Below are positions 1-11,877 of a DNA stretch of 64,000 nucleotides, piece by piece. Below the pieces are notes generated by a model. The model saw nothing but the letters and a program-made list of their open reading frames with translations. It did not search any database and was not told the origin of the DNA. The stretch lies in NCBI GenBank assembly GCA_964658305.1, contig OZ210884.1, positions 7,564,001 through 7,628,000 of the forward strand, written 5' to 3'. The position numbers and the translations under genes are program-made. How positions within the stretch are numbered: position 1 is the first letter of the stretch; each line of letters opens with the position of its first letter. Origin of the DNA: Leptogorgia sarmentosa (taxonomy: Eukaryota).

Positions 1-1048
1 GAAGGTGAAGCGCAGTCATGCAGCGATCGCGCTCAAGATGCCGTAGGTCCTTGCGCAAATGAACCAATTGCTGCGGTTTGTATTTTAAATTCGCTACTGT
101 TGTCCTTCTCAGACTTGTGACACTCACTGTTGATTATGTTACACTGCACACGTGAATAGATTAGAATGTAGAAACAATGTGCACCATACAATGTCTATAT
201 ACGCATGCATACAAGTATGCGCGTGCATGCGTGCGATTGATTGGTACCATGCAGGTGTTATAGCACATTAAGTAAATTACACATCTCACTTGTGCTTTGT
301 TACGCTATACACACGATTTGATTCCATTTTTATACCGAGTTATGCCGGCAAAGCAACGAAACCGCCGCGTAGCAATGAAACCACTAGCCTGTGTTTACAT
401 GCGTCTGCGAGCAGGCTATGAAACCAAAGAAATCTGAAACATAAGACGGGTTTTCCCAGCAATTTGGGCAAGCAGGATTGCAACTACACCAATTTCGTCT
501 GTAGACAACCGCATTTATTTACGGGAAGGACAAGAAAAGATTTGCGTAAAATCTTCTTTTGCAAAATGCGCAGAACAAATGCTTGAGACTGAAGTGGGTT
601 CCCACTTTGCTCGTTTAAGTTGAACAAAGCCAACCCACAGTTTGCGTCTCCTTTTCGCTTCAGGCCTTTCTTCTCCAGCAAAAGGTATAAAATGGAGTGA
701 AATGCCTTGTTTGGCATCAGCTACATTAGAGCATCCTCCGACAACACATCTATTCGGCATTTTTAAAATTTCGTGACTTTTATTTTCAATATCACTGTCT
801 ATATGCTACTACACGCAATAGTACTTTCTGTATCGCGAGTCAGACGAGTTACTATTTTGACGTCACACACCTAAACTCGTCCCAGTCTCATTTTCGCAAC
901 TTTCATATTTTTCAGAATGCAAATTTTACTAAGAAACGGCTATAACTTTAAAACTAAAAACGCAATCTTAATTCTGTTTTAGAACTTATAAACTTATTTT
1001 GGCTATAGATTTCAAAAATGCAAAAACCCATTTTCTGACATGGGCACT
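1..1048 (-). mobile_element. Terminus of a TTAA-target DNA transposon carrying a THAP domain (Kolobok-like), continuing beyond the left window edge
   Basis: Other array units read ..atacaTTAAcccgctgcga. Here the sequence left of TTAA (1049-1052) is unrelated and on the minus strand begins TTAA|AGTGCCCATG (RR start). A THAP ORF reads inward from this end. TTAA target, RR terminus and THAP are established Kolobok traits. The other end is not visible. Confidence 0.65.
470..760 (-). pseudogene. THAP zinc-finger domain coding segment, interrupted by an in-frame stop
   Basis: MPNRCVVGGCSN..SLHFIP..LWVGFV..R..WEP....ICSAHF...DF is a C2CH THAP signature. After TAA at 515-517 the same frame continues MRLSTDEIGVVAI, which resembles a THAP C-terminal box. 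The left boundary is approximate. Confidence 0.75.
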
Positions 1049-1757
1049 TTAACCCGCTGCGATTTTTCCAGCACGATTCGCATTTGGATTTGATATATGA
1101 AAAGTATCGCAGACTCTAGCGCAAATTTCTTTTCCGTACGCAATGGAAAGCATTTGGGGTGCTAAACCATAAATTAAAATGTGGCTTCTTCACGCGCACT
1201 TACTCGATTGACGCGCACTTACTCGATTGTGTGATTCATGCCAAACTAATCGTAGCATGTAAACGTATCTTTGAAGCATTTTGGTATTATTTTACGCTGC
1301 CTGCGCTGGTCACGTATTGAAGATAGTTATAATTCTCAGATGGTCACTGAGAATTCGTGAACACTAATGTATTACAACACCTTTTATACCATATTACGCT
1401 CTAGATAGCCTTCAGCTCGGTTTATATGTTAGCATATCATCATTCATATAACTAGCATACAGTTACAACCCTTCAGTGTGGTAAATATGTTATTTTCTTC
1501 TTACCTTCCGATACTCAGTAGACAATCTAATACACCCAAACCAGTCTTTGATAAATCCTGCTCAAGACAAGTAATAAAGATGCAATGAACTTGCTGCCAA
1601 TATGAGAATATAATGTCTACACTGAGACAACTCTGGTGGCTCGGAGCGAGGCGGAAGCTAGTATGATTGAAAAATTTTCGTCTTTGCAAAGGCTTATGGG
1701 AAAATTTAGGTCGTTCATTGGTTGCATGGTTCTGGGAATATACATGTTACTAAAGTA

Positions 1758-3388
1758 CTAGGTTACCCACAGGGTAGGAAATGCTGCCTTGGCGCAAGCT
1801 GTAGTCATCGAAAGTATTACTCAAAAATGATATCAATAAAAACAAATGGAATTATTATGAAAATTTTACAGAATGAGTGATTGTTAAGTGGTAAATGGTG
1901 AATGTTAAGTGTAATGTATATATTTGTTATTGCAATATTGTAAGATCTAAACGGGAACAGTTGCGATAAAAACCGTATAAATATTACACTGTTCTTGTTT
2001 AGGTCTTTTTGCCTAACCGTTTTGTCGGTCTACTTGTATGAATCGACTTTAATACGATTGAAATAGCTCTTTATAAACATAAAAATAGGTACACAATGTG
2101 TACATGTATCGGCGCCTATGTAGCTTGGTTACCAACGGTGATCAAATCTTATTTGTTTTCGGCTTTTCGATGCACGCGTCTTATCTGTCCCTAATACGTG
2201 ATCTTGCATGTATAAAATGGTTTACTGCTGGGGAATAGGCGAATAGCGCAAATACTAATTCCTTTCAAGACGTGAGGTTGTGCGTGACTAAAACGTGAGA
2301 CGTATTCAATACTTGATATAAGCTTTCATGACTATCTTGCATTCCGGAATTCGCGCGATCATCTCAAATTGCGTAAGGAATTGAAATTGACGACATATGA
2401 TATCGCATTTCATGTTATTGCGTCTTTAAAATAGAGACAGCGCTTTGCGATAATGCGATTGTTTGTGAAAAATGTGGCTTTCTAAAAACCAAATTACCCT
2501 TTTCAAAAGCATATATTAATAATGATACATTTATATACAGTATATTCTGTCCATTCATGCAGCATTTGCCTAGTCGCTATGCGCGTAGGTTCAGAACAGA
2601 ATAGCTACTTGAAACTATATATTATTTCGTTTGTTTTGTCTCGCGCTTAATAAACGCACAAACCCGTTTTATTACAAGCTACAAAATCTATTTTCCTGGG
2701 ATTGAATGCTTCAACCATTCTGTATGACGAAGCGTCAAAATATAGTAGATATTCCGTGATCACGATGAGACCACGGGCAGTCCAAACATGCATGTACAGT
2801 GTGTCAGTGCCGACACGCTAAAGTATCGTAGGGAAAATATATGCGCAATTGTGTGTTGTATCAAGACATAAACCTTTTTCATAACCTTAAATATTCGCTG
2901 TGTTCAAGGTAATACAATGCATAATTTGCGTCATGATATTTTTGCTTCGATGATTCCATAGCAAACCTCTTTGATATCTTCAAAAGCAATCAGCAATGCG
3001 GTGCCAATGTATAATTTGCGTCATGATTTTTTTGCGTATAAATTTCCCTTGTAAATAGTGTTGTAAAAACGTAAATTCTTAAAAATTAACACTTGTCGCT
3101 GCGGCCATTATATTTTCTTCTTATCTGGTTATTCATGCGAAATAAAATCCACGATCAAAGTGATCAAACGCATCACCACTCTTTAGCTCGCGCCTATACT
3201 GTAGTCACTGTACGAAACGGGAAGAATTAACAGCTGAGAGAAGTCCTGCAAATGCGGGTCGAACACCCTAAATTTACTGGTACCGTCATGCAATGCGCCA
3301 ATAGAAAATTTTGATTTTGATCCACATGATAAATTTAGGATCTGCTGCCTTGCTCGCTCGCTTCAGGCTCGCTCGCTGCGGCAGCAAT
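1758..3388 (-). mobile_element. Non-autonomous Helitron2/Helentron-like element (~1.63 kb)
   Basis: Absent from other units (empty site aaagtagaatctcgc) and no TSD. On the minus strand: a 5' hairpin TGCTGCC..GGCAGCA, a subterminal GGCAGCA near the 3' end, a 3' hairpin TACCC-TGT-GGGTA and terminal CTAG|T. Confidence 0.7.
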
Positions 3389-4255
3389 AATCTCGCTATC
3401 TCGAAGTGAAAGCCAGTTCCTTTGAAACTCATAATACATTTATATCAACCCTCGCTATGTCGAACTCCCGCTATCTCGAACAAATTTTCGTTGCCCTTGC
3501 GCGATTTTACTCTGAACAATTGCATGGAAATAGTACTGGAACAAGTGGCTGCATGCATGGTGCACGTGTATTACCACAAAGCAATGCGTTGCAAAGTTTG
3601 AGATAAATTTCGCCTACGGCACAAATTAGGTCTGCTGCTCAGCGCCGCTACGCTCGCTCGCTCCGCAGCAAATATACACATACATCTGTGACATGTGCGC
3701 ACATTATCATGTATATTTTCGCGATTTTCAAAGCGTGGATAACGTCGTGACTCGTGAGACGTAGTTCTGTGTTTCAGACTTTCAGGTTAAAAAAGTTTGC
3801 CTTATTCTTGTCCATATTTTCACAGTTGTTTAGTCACTCCTTGATGAAATCAAGATAACACAATGCAATATTTTTAAAAGTTTTATTCAGTACAACTATA
3901 CATGGATCTACATATTTAGCTACGTGCATGTTCCTCTCATGCAGCTAATAAGATAGTACAACTTCAATTATATTATTGAATTTTATAACATGTTGTATAG
4001 TCTATACAATTTTTCCAATCATACATGTGATGGTTAAATTACAACAAGAATCCCTTTCTTAAAATAGCTCAGTTCGATTCATTAATATCGACATAGCTAC
4101 ATACAAAGACCTTTTTGTATTTCTAAGACTCATTACCGCATGATCACAACCCGGCATTTGGAAAGTTTTCGGAAGATTCGTTTCGTGATTTGAAATATTG
4201 GCCAAAGACATTCATCTTTTTACAAGAGATACGAGATAATATAAAAGATCCTGAC

Positions 4256-4418
4256 GACCCGGTTGTTCAAAAGCTGCATGGTAAGGTTAACCACGTGTGT
4301 TACATAGTTTGAAACTTTCAAAGCAAAGTTAACAGACGTGCATAAACACACAAACTAAAACGCTGGGTTTTTATTTTAAATCCAGGTTAGCGTTAACCTG
4401 CTGTTAAACAACCGGGTC
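4256..4418. mobile_element. Small TIR element (unclassified MITE) embedded in the spacer; longer versions near 18156-18394, 28253-28488, 38025-38257 and 47625-47860
   Basis: Terminal inverted repeats GACCCGGTTGTT ... AACAACCGGGTC with inner gttaacc/ggttag symmetry, present in five spacer copies. Confidence 0.6.
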
Positions 4419-6358
4419 CTTAGATCATTTTCAGATAGTCAGTAAGAACATGAAAGACTTCCCATCAACCAATATTTGAAATCATAAAAACTTAGGTTAA
4501 TTTCCAAGCTATTGAAAAAAATTAAACGTCTTTTTTGTGTTTTTTCTTTATTTATACAAAAAGGATTCTTCGATCAGTAGCTACAATGCAAAGGAGTAAA
4601 TATCAAAACATAGGAAAATCAATAGATAACATTTAATTGTTTATAATTTTGAGCCGTTGGAGTCAAAGCCAACATAAAATGTGATCATGTCTGATGAGCA
4701 TATACAACCTTTGAAACATTCTCAATCATTACCATAATTCAATTCAAATCGTTCAGGAAAATTATTGAAAAAGATTGGAAAAGGTCTAAAATTAATAGAC
4801 AAACATTGCAACATCTTTCAACATCATTGCTATACGATTAAGCAAAAACAGGAACGAAATTATTCAACTCAGCGTTTGTCTATTTGTATTTCACAAATAT
4901 TCGCAAACTCCTTGGAAACCGAAAGTTTGAATATTTTTTTTATACTCTTATCAGTCCGAATAAAAGAAAATCAGAGAAGATGTGACACTTTTTACAAGTT
5001 TCCATTGAAAAAATTATGTTTTCTTGACAAACTGAACATCTTAACGCTGAGTTAATCCGTCCCTGTCTTCACCTGGAATTATAACGAAATGTTTGAAATG
5101 TCTGCTAGTTAAATTAAATTATACGATACTTAATAAAGGATAATGGCAATAAAAATAATTTAATATAAAAGTAATATTGATTATATTCTCCAAACAAAAA
5201 ACTTATTAAAGAATTTTTGCCTATTCTGCATTAATTAATGATATTATCGTTGATACAAAAAATTCCACTGCATTCCGCCATCTTATTGGATAGCCTACCA
5301 TTGTTAGATATCAATACGAACGTCAAAACCAGCGCAAGTAGTTTTGTACTTTGACATACTCTTGCGTCACGGTTAGTAGCTAAACGTAAAACTATTTATT
5401 TTTCACTTTTAAAGCGTCTATACAGTTGTTGTGAGGTAGATCAAAATTAATTATGAAATACGACAGAAAATTTCAGATAGAAGTTACTATTTGCAACATG
5501 AATTTGCAAGAATTTTCTAAAACAAATTCCGGCCAAAAATAACTTCGGAAAACCACGGAGAAAATCACTCTTTTATTAAAAAATATTCTTAGCAACCGAC
5601 GGTTGTTAGATTGGTTGACCGATCAACAAAAAACGCGATCCTTCATTCCACCCCATTCCAGTCTCATCTTTTGAATAAAAATATTCAATTCAACTTTTAT
5701 AAAATATGAAATATAGAACTTCCCGCTAACGTGGCGCTTTCTCTGAAAGTCTCACAGGATGATAACAGTGTTGAACGTCAAGATGACTTTTTCAGAGATG
5801 AAATAGTGACAACACATTTTGCTCTCATGTTCCTCGACATAAAAATCATGGAAAGTTCTCATTCTGAATAAATGACGTTATACCGACATTGGAAGATGCA
5901 CAATATAGAGGCGATATTTTCTTAGAGGAACTTCTTTCCACATAGCTACTGTAGCTACTGAAATAAGTTATTATTGGCGTTCAATAGGGTATCTGTAATG
6001 CATGCATCTTTTGTTGTTGTTGTTGTTGTCGAGATTGGATTCTGAAAATCAGAAATTCCGATAACCGTATTTGATTTTCTATGGCCGACTGTCTCGATTA
6101 GCATGGTGGTTATTTCAGTAAGCCTCTGCTTATAATAAAACACTTGTGTTAATTGCTTAAATTTATTTTAAAGCAGCGTGTTCTTTTTGATGTACCTGGT
6201 ATAACTGAATGCAAGAAAATATAAAAATGCCATTTAATTTCACAAAGATAGAAAATTATCGAATGAAGAATAATACCACAAATTAATACTGTTATCGTTC
6301 AATTTCTAACCCCGTTGACTGAACATTAATTGCTGCAATTTAGTTGATTACATGCACC

Positions 6359-9300
6359 TTAGCAATTAATAAGAGCTCTAGCGTACTCAATATAACATTG
6401 TTCTGTTGTGGGATGGTTTCGTCCTAGAATTTTCGAATACATTTTGTACGCCAGGCGCAAATTATTGACCACAAGAGTTTTGTTTTTCATTTTAGCAGCT
6501 ATTCTGGCCACAGCGAGGTACAAATTACCTTCAACTTCGCTTCCATCTGGAGAAATATCTTTAACGACAAACAATGCGTCATAATAAAAAGTTAAAGCTT
6601 TTTCATAACACTCTTTAAACCAATAAGCTTTTGCAAGCTCCAGTCGACATTCAAATTCTGCAGATTTGTCAATGACGTCATGAGAAAGTTTTGGGAGCTG
6701 CAGTAATGCGTGACCAAGAGACTCAATTGCTGCATCATATTCCCGCATTCCATTAAAAATACGACCTTTCAAGACATGACACCGAAAGATAGATCGGTGT
6801 TTTCTACATTCTGGGAGTGATTCCGCAATTTCGGTAGCTCGTTCAATTGCTTCCCCCGCCAGTTTAAACTTCCCAACCTCAACTAAGGTTCTCACGATTT
6901 TATCGTAACATTTAATAATGCCATTCCGTAAAAAGACATCACCTAGCATTATTTGGTCCAACGTTATATTAAAAGCTTTTTTAAGGGACTCCAGACCACA
7001 ATCATGGTCCCCAGACTTAAATTTCTTCGCAGCTAATTTCAAATGCAATATTTTCAAAAATGGTTTCATTTCTTGTTTATCTGCATGTGTAGCACTATCA
7101 AACAATTCAGTATACAACTTTTCATCTACCTCCATATCCAGTATTTTGTAACAGGTAAGGAGTTGTACCTGTTCGTCATTGCAATCCGCACAAAATTGAA
7201 GTCCAGTTTGAAGAACATTCAGACTTTCAGTTTTGTTGCCAAGACAGTCATGCACATGTGCAATAACATTGTAACACATAATGACAAAACTCGACGAACA
7301 GCGCTTGTCCGCAGAGAGTTTCACACATATTTCCAAAGCTTGCTGAAATGTCGCTAGCGCTAAAGTGAAGTCATTAAACTGGTACTGTGCCATGCCCAGA
7401 ATCAAAAGAACTTCAGCAATTTCTTTAGTATCTTCATTGGATGATTTCCTTCTTAGTCTAAGTGCTTCTTCAACTGATTCAATGGCTAATTTAGATTTGT
7501 TCATGTATCTGTATACTCCTCCTTTTTCAACATATGCTTTGGACAGGATGTCCATACCATCATCAGTGATTTCCAAAATTCCAATAACCTGATCAAATGC
7601 ATCAAGAGCAGCAGAATAATTCTCCGCAGCTGTCTCAGCCTGGCCCAATTTAAAGAAACAAAACGCGGTGTCTTTGTGTTGTTTCCCATTGAGTTGTAGT
7701 GAAAGGTCAAGAGCGTTACGACATGTCTCAACTTTGTCAATATTCTTTTGTGGATACATATCATCTTCCATATTCAATTTCAATGCATAGCAGTTCAAAA
7801 GCCGCTGAGACAATTGAGGCCTAACTTGATGAGAGAAACTGGGAAATGCGGACAATTCAGACTTTAAAGACTTGTCCAAAAGAACTATCTTCTCATCCAA
7901 AAGAAATTCTTGTTTAAAAATTTTACAGAGGATGGCGGAAATAATATCACTATACATGACCATTGAAAATAAATAATGTGAATTACCAAGCGGCTTGTTG
8001 TCTAGCTGTTGCTCGAAGCTATGCAAAAGGTTTAAGAATTGCGTTGTTGTTTCATCATTTACAAATGCATTTGACCACCAAAACAGAAGAAGGATAAACA
8101 ATATTAATTGCTCTCCTTTAGATTCGTTCAGTCCCGATAACGAAGATTGCTCACAATCATTAATTAAAAAAAGACTTCGGTTACCAATTTCGTCACAAAC
8201 CTCGCTCGCTTTTCGACTGAAGTCGTTTGACTTGCTGTCCTCTTTCAAGTCAGTGTAATACAGAACAAGAAGCTGCAGACATAAGCATTTTATAAATTGA
8301 TGGTCAGGGCGCTCTGACAAACCATCAAGATGTTTTTCGATTTGTTCAACACCTGATTTCCTGTTTCCTTTGACAATGAGTGAAATTCCTTCATAACAAC
8401 CTAGTTTCGCTGCACTACCATCCGAAGACAACAAGACGTCTTCACGGATTTGTTCAGGAATGTTTGAGTGTATATCCGCGACAAGACAAGAAAAGACAAT
8501 ACGACCAAAATACTTGCTGATGTACAACTTGGAGCAATCGTATTCCTGGGCAATACATTTTTCTATAGCTGAATCATACAGATTGGGAATAAACAGTGAT
8601 GACTCGCACGGCAAATCAATCAGAAATAGAAATATTTCACACTTAGACAAAATGCGAACGAGATCTTGCAACATAGTTGTCAGAGACTGACCCATAGCAG
8701 TTGACAGATGCTCCAGCGTGTCTTGCAGTTGGGGACTCTCAATCGACTTTCCTGCCAGGAAATCGTCATTAAACTTTTCAAAAAGAAGTAAGTAATAACT
8801 ACAAAAGCGAAGTCTAGAAGAATTGAGAACATTCTCAAAATCACTTTCTTTTGCTTTTTCCACGACAAACGAATAAATAAGAGGATGGATAGAGTAACTC
8901 TCTCCACTGGAATCTTCATCAATTAACGATTTCTTGACAAGTGTTTTAAGGCAACGTGCGCTTTTCACAACACCTATTTCCGCAGAAAGAACCTTGACAG
9001 CGGCGTCCTTAGTTATTCTGGAGGACCTGAACACTGTTAATGAAATCAATGAATGTTTGTCAGTTATCGTCAGCTGCTCAAACGGAATCTCAAATAATCT
9101 TTTTATGTTTTTCTCGTATGGACTGTCTATCTCCCCCAGTAAATCTCCCGAAAAGCCTAGCTCTTCAAGTATTACATTCGCCATATCTTCAGTGACATTT
9201 TCAACTAACGAAGCAACAAGTTTCATCGCCAGAGGAACATGAGAACAAATTTCAGTCACTTTCGCCACAACATTTTCCGAAATTTTAGGAAGAAGTTGAC

Positions 9301-9852
9301 GAACAAATTTTACAGACGAAACTGGATGGAGGGGTCGAATTCGGATGTTTTGAAAACCATTGATTTGAACGCACGTATAATCCAAAATCTCTCTCGTTGT
9401 ACAGATAATATTAATATTAGCATTAGTGTCTAGCAATTCTTCGAATAAACGCGATAGAGTGGCTGAACCTCTTTCAACGGACAAAAGATCATCAAGGTTA
9501 TCAAATATGAGAAATACTGGACAAGAAATTTCTCTAAAAATACTTACTAGCTTGTCAATAGGTTTTAGACCAAGATCTACTAAGCTACATTTAAAAATAC
9601 TTAAAAGTTTTGATAAAAAATCGTCCACTGTGTTAATACCTTGCAATTTGAAAAAGTAAACAGGATACCCAAGAGAAACAAGATGATGTGCTGCTCCAAT
9701 GGCTGTTGATGTTTTACCAAATCCAGGCGATCCCCAAATGTTCAACAGTCGTGTTGATTGGTCAGTTATGAGGTTCGTAATTTTTTCAACTTCGACTTCC
9801 CTGCCAGTAAAGAAAGGGACAGCACTTGGAACGTATGGCTTGGGTAATGTCT
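6359..9852 (-). CDS. HEPN-STAND-TPR gene 1, exon 2 (NB-ARC-type ATPase, winged helix, TPRs); spliced product ~1419 aa
   Basis: Acceptor tcttttAG|AGACA (phase 1). Motifs in order: PFFTGRE, Walker A GSPGFGKT, Walker B FLIFDNLDD, sensor ICTTR, GxP-like SHVPLA, LVKKSLI and MHD-like SIHPL. TPR units follow (LGMAQ..ALATFQQALEI). Open to the stop at 6359. Confidence 0.92.
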
Positions 9853-10235
9853 CTAAAAGATAAATTATACAATAACTATATTATCACCATACATTTCTAC
9901 AAACGTTTCTCTGAGCGTATGCACCCCCGAGCAAGCAGAAAAACTGGTTGCACGTCAACAGAGACGATATTTTATCATTAGGTAGTTGAAGTTTGACTAC
10001 CGATGCTAATATCAAGATAACCAACTATCCATTCGCTTCGCTAGAAAAAAAGGTTTGGAAGTCTCTCGCATAGCGATGTTAGGCTGGCTTTGAATGTCGC
10101 CAATAAAGACCAAATAAACTTATTCTGAAAATATGTACTTTTTGTTCACAAAAAACGTCTTATGTAATGTCAAAACTTGTTTGTTTCGGCGCTACTTTAT
10201 TCGTTTTGATAACTTACAGTATCGCTTTAAACCAA

Positions 10236-10790
10236 CTACTAAAATGACAAACGGAAGTTGGAACATCGGTATCGGTATATTGGTATCGGAAGTAACACAG
10301 TCTTAATGATTCTTGGAGTGTATATTTCACGTTTGTAGTTTCTTCATAAAAAAGTCTTCATTAAAAGAATCCATTGAAACTCAGAAATCACAATGAGATA
10401 TTCTGGCAAGAACTACAGTACAGTACAGTACATCCAAGGAAAAACTATCATGTTATACCTGCTATATTTCCTTTTTCAACCAAGTTCAACTTTTTAATCA
10501 TCTGCTCCACATTCTCTATTTTCTCCGTTTGTTTTTCCACTACTAAAATGACAAACGGAAGTTGGAACATCGGTATCGGTATATTGGTATCGGAAGTAAC
10601 ACAGTCTTAATGATTCTTGGAGTGTATATTTCACGTTTGTAGTTTCTTCATCAGTAAAAAAGTCTTCATTAAAAGAAGTTTTATGTAAAAATATAAAAAT
10701 CCATTGAAACTGAATCAATTGATTCCTGAATCACAATGAGATATTCTGGCAAGAACTGCAGTACAGTACATCTAAAGAAAAACTATCATG
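10236..10790. repeat. Intronic tandem duplication (~300 bp) in gene 1 that includes a copy of the exon 1 3' end; equivalent in gene 2 at ~24348-24880
   Basis: ctactaaaatgacaaacggaagttggaacatc occurs at ~10236 and ~10540. The exon-end sequence cctgctatatttcc..ttctccgtttg occurs at 10459-10537 and again from 10799. Confidence 0.9.
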
Positions 10791-10798
10791 TTATATAC

Positions 10799-11564
10799 CT
10801 GCTATATTTCCCTTTTCAACCAAGTTCAACTTTTTCATCATCTGCTCCACATTCTCTATTTTCTCCGTTTGTTTCTCTGTCTGTTCTTCAATAGAAGATA
10901 ATTTCTGCTCAATATTCTCGTGAAACATACTGATAGCTTGTAACTCCTTTATACGACTTTCCTCCAGTTTCTGAACTTTCTCTGTAGGAAAATCATCTTC
11001 GCTCATTTGACCGATAACGTCAACAAAACTGGTATCAATCTTCATTGCCGTTAAAGCGTTGATTACCAGCTTTACATAATCATCAAAGTCAGTTTTAACT
11101 ATTTCTGGTTTTGGTGAATGGCAAAGTTTGTTTCTCAATAATCGCAGTTGATCAATTGCCAAAGCGTAGGTTTCATCATGATTTCCTGTTGAGCTTTGAA
11201 CTGAAGAATGAAAAGAACCTGGAACTGGCTTCACTTTCTTCAAATATAAATCGTTCAATGTTGAACCCTTGCTACTCGGAGCACCAAATGTTTTGGCATA
11301 GATTGTTGCTTTAAACAAAGCTGTACAATCCCATTCTTCAATTGATTTCCCTGTTGGCATATCAGTTTTTCCACCTTCAGATGTGAGAAGCAAGTTTCGT
11401 ACTGTAATGCTGTCATCCCAGGGAATGAATCCTGGTTTCATCGAAACTTTACTGTCCCACATGGTGACAAAAATTTCACGCAACACCTTGGGAAACTCAT
11501 CGAGAACAAGTGTAGAAAACTTAAAGAAATTCAATTGTTCCTTAGAAAATGGTTTTGCTGCCAT
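10799..11564 (-). CDS. HEPN-STAND-TPR gene 1, exon 1 (DZIP3/hRUL138-like HEPN domain plus coiled coil)
   Basis: ATG at 11564. Contains WDCTALF and DQLRLLRNKLCH (R-x4-H HEPN motif) and an E/K/Q-rich helical tail. Donor GCAG|GTATA is phase 1, matching the exon 2 acceptor. Confidence 0.88.
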
Positions 11565-11754
11565 TGCGCCTGGGTGTGAAATCTAGACCATTTTTCTTCT
11601 TCTAGTTGTAGGAACTACATAAATCTACAAAAGCAATTAAAATATATGGAAAATATTTGTTCAATAACGGTATGAAAACATACGGTATCTCTTACAACAT
11701 GAAAATAATTGGATTGGCTAAGCAATTTACCGAAATGAAGAAGAATAGAGATAA

Positions 11755-11877
11755 GGAAACCAAAGGTCGCGGGTTTGATTCCCACCGAGGCCAAGCTAAT
11801 TTTTTAGCCTGCCCGGTCTGAGAGTAACATCACAATAACATTCTGCACCTCAGTACTGCACAACATCATGAACATTC
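11755..11877 (+). mobile_element. tRNA-derived SINE-like fragment upstream of gene 1
   Basis: Box-B-like GGTTTGATTCC, flanked by AGAGATAA direct repeats. Absent upstream of genes 2, 4 and 5. Confidence 0.55.

Noticed and set aside
6359..11564. Reading the HEPN ORF and STAND-TPR ORF as a prokaryote-style two-gene defence operon
   Set aside because: The long ORF start is only a TTG inside the ATPase domain. Conserved coding sequence extends 107 nt further to an AG acceptor that is phase-compatible with the GT donor in all five copies, and the neighbouring gene is intron-containing liprin-alpha.
11755..11800. tRNA gene
   Set aside because: Only a box-B/T-arm-like piece with no full cloverleaf; better explained as a SINE fragment.
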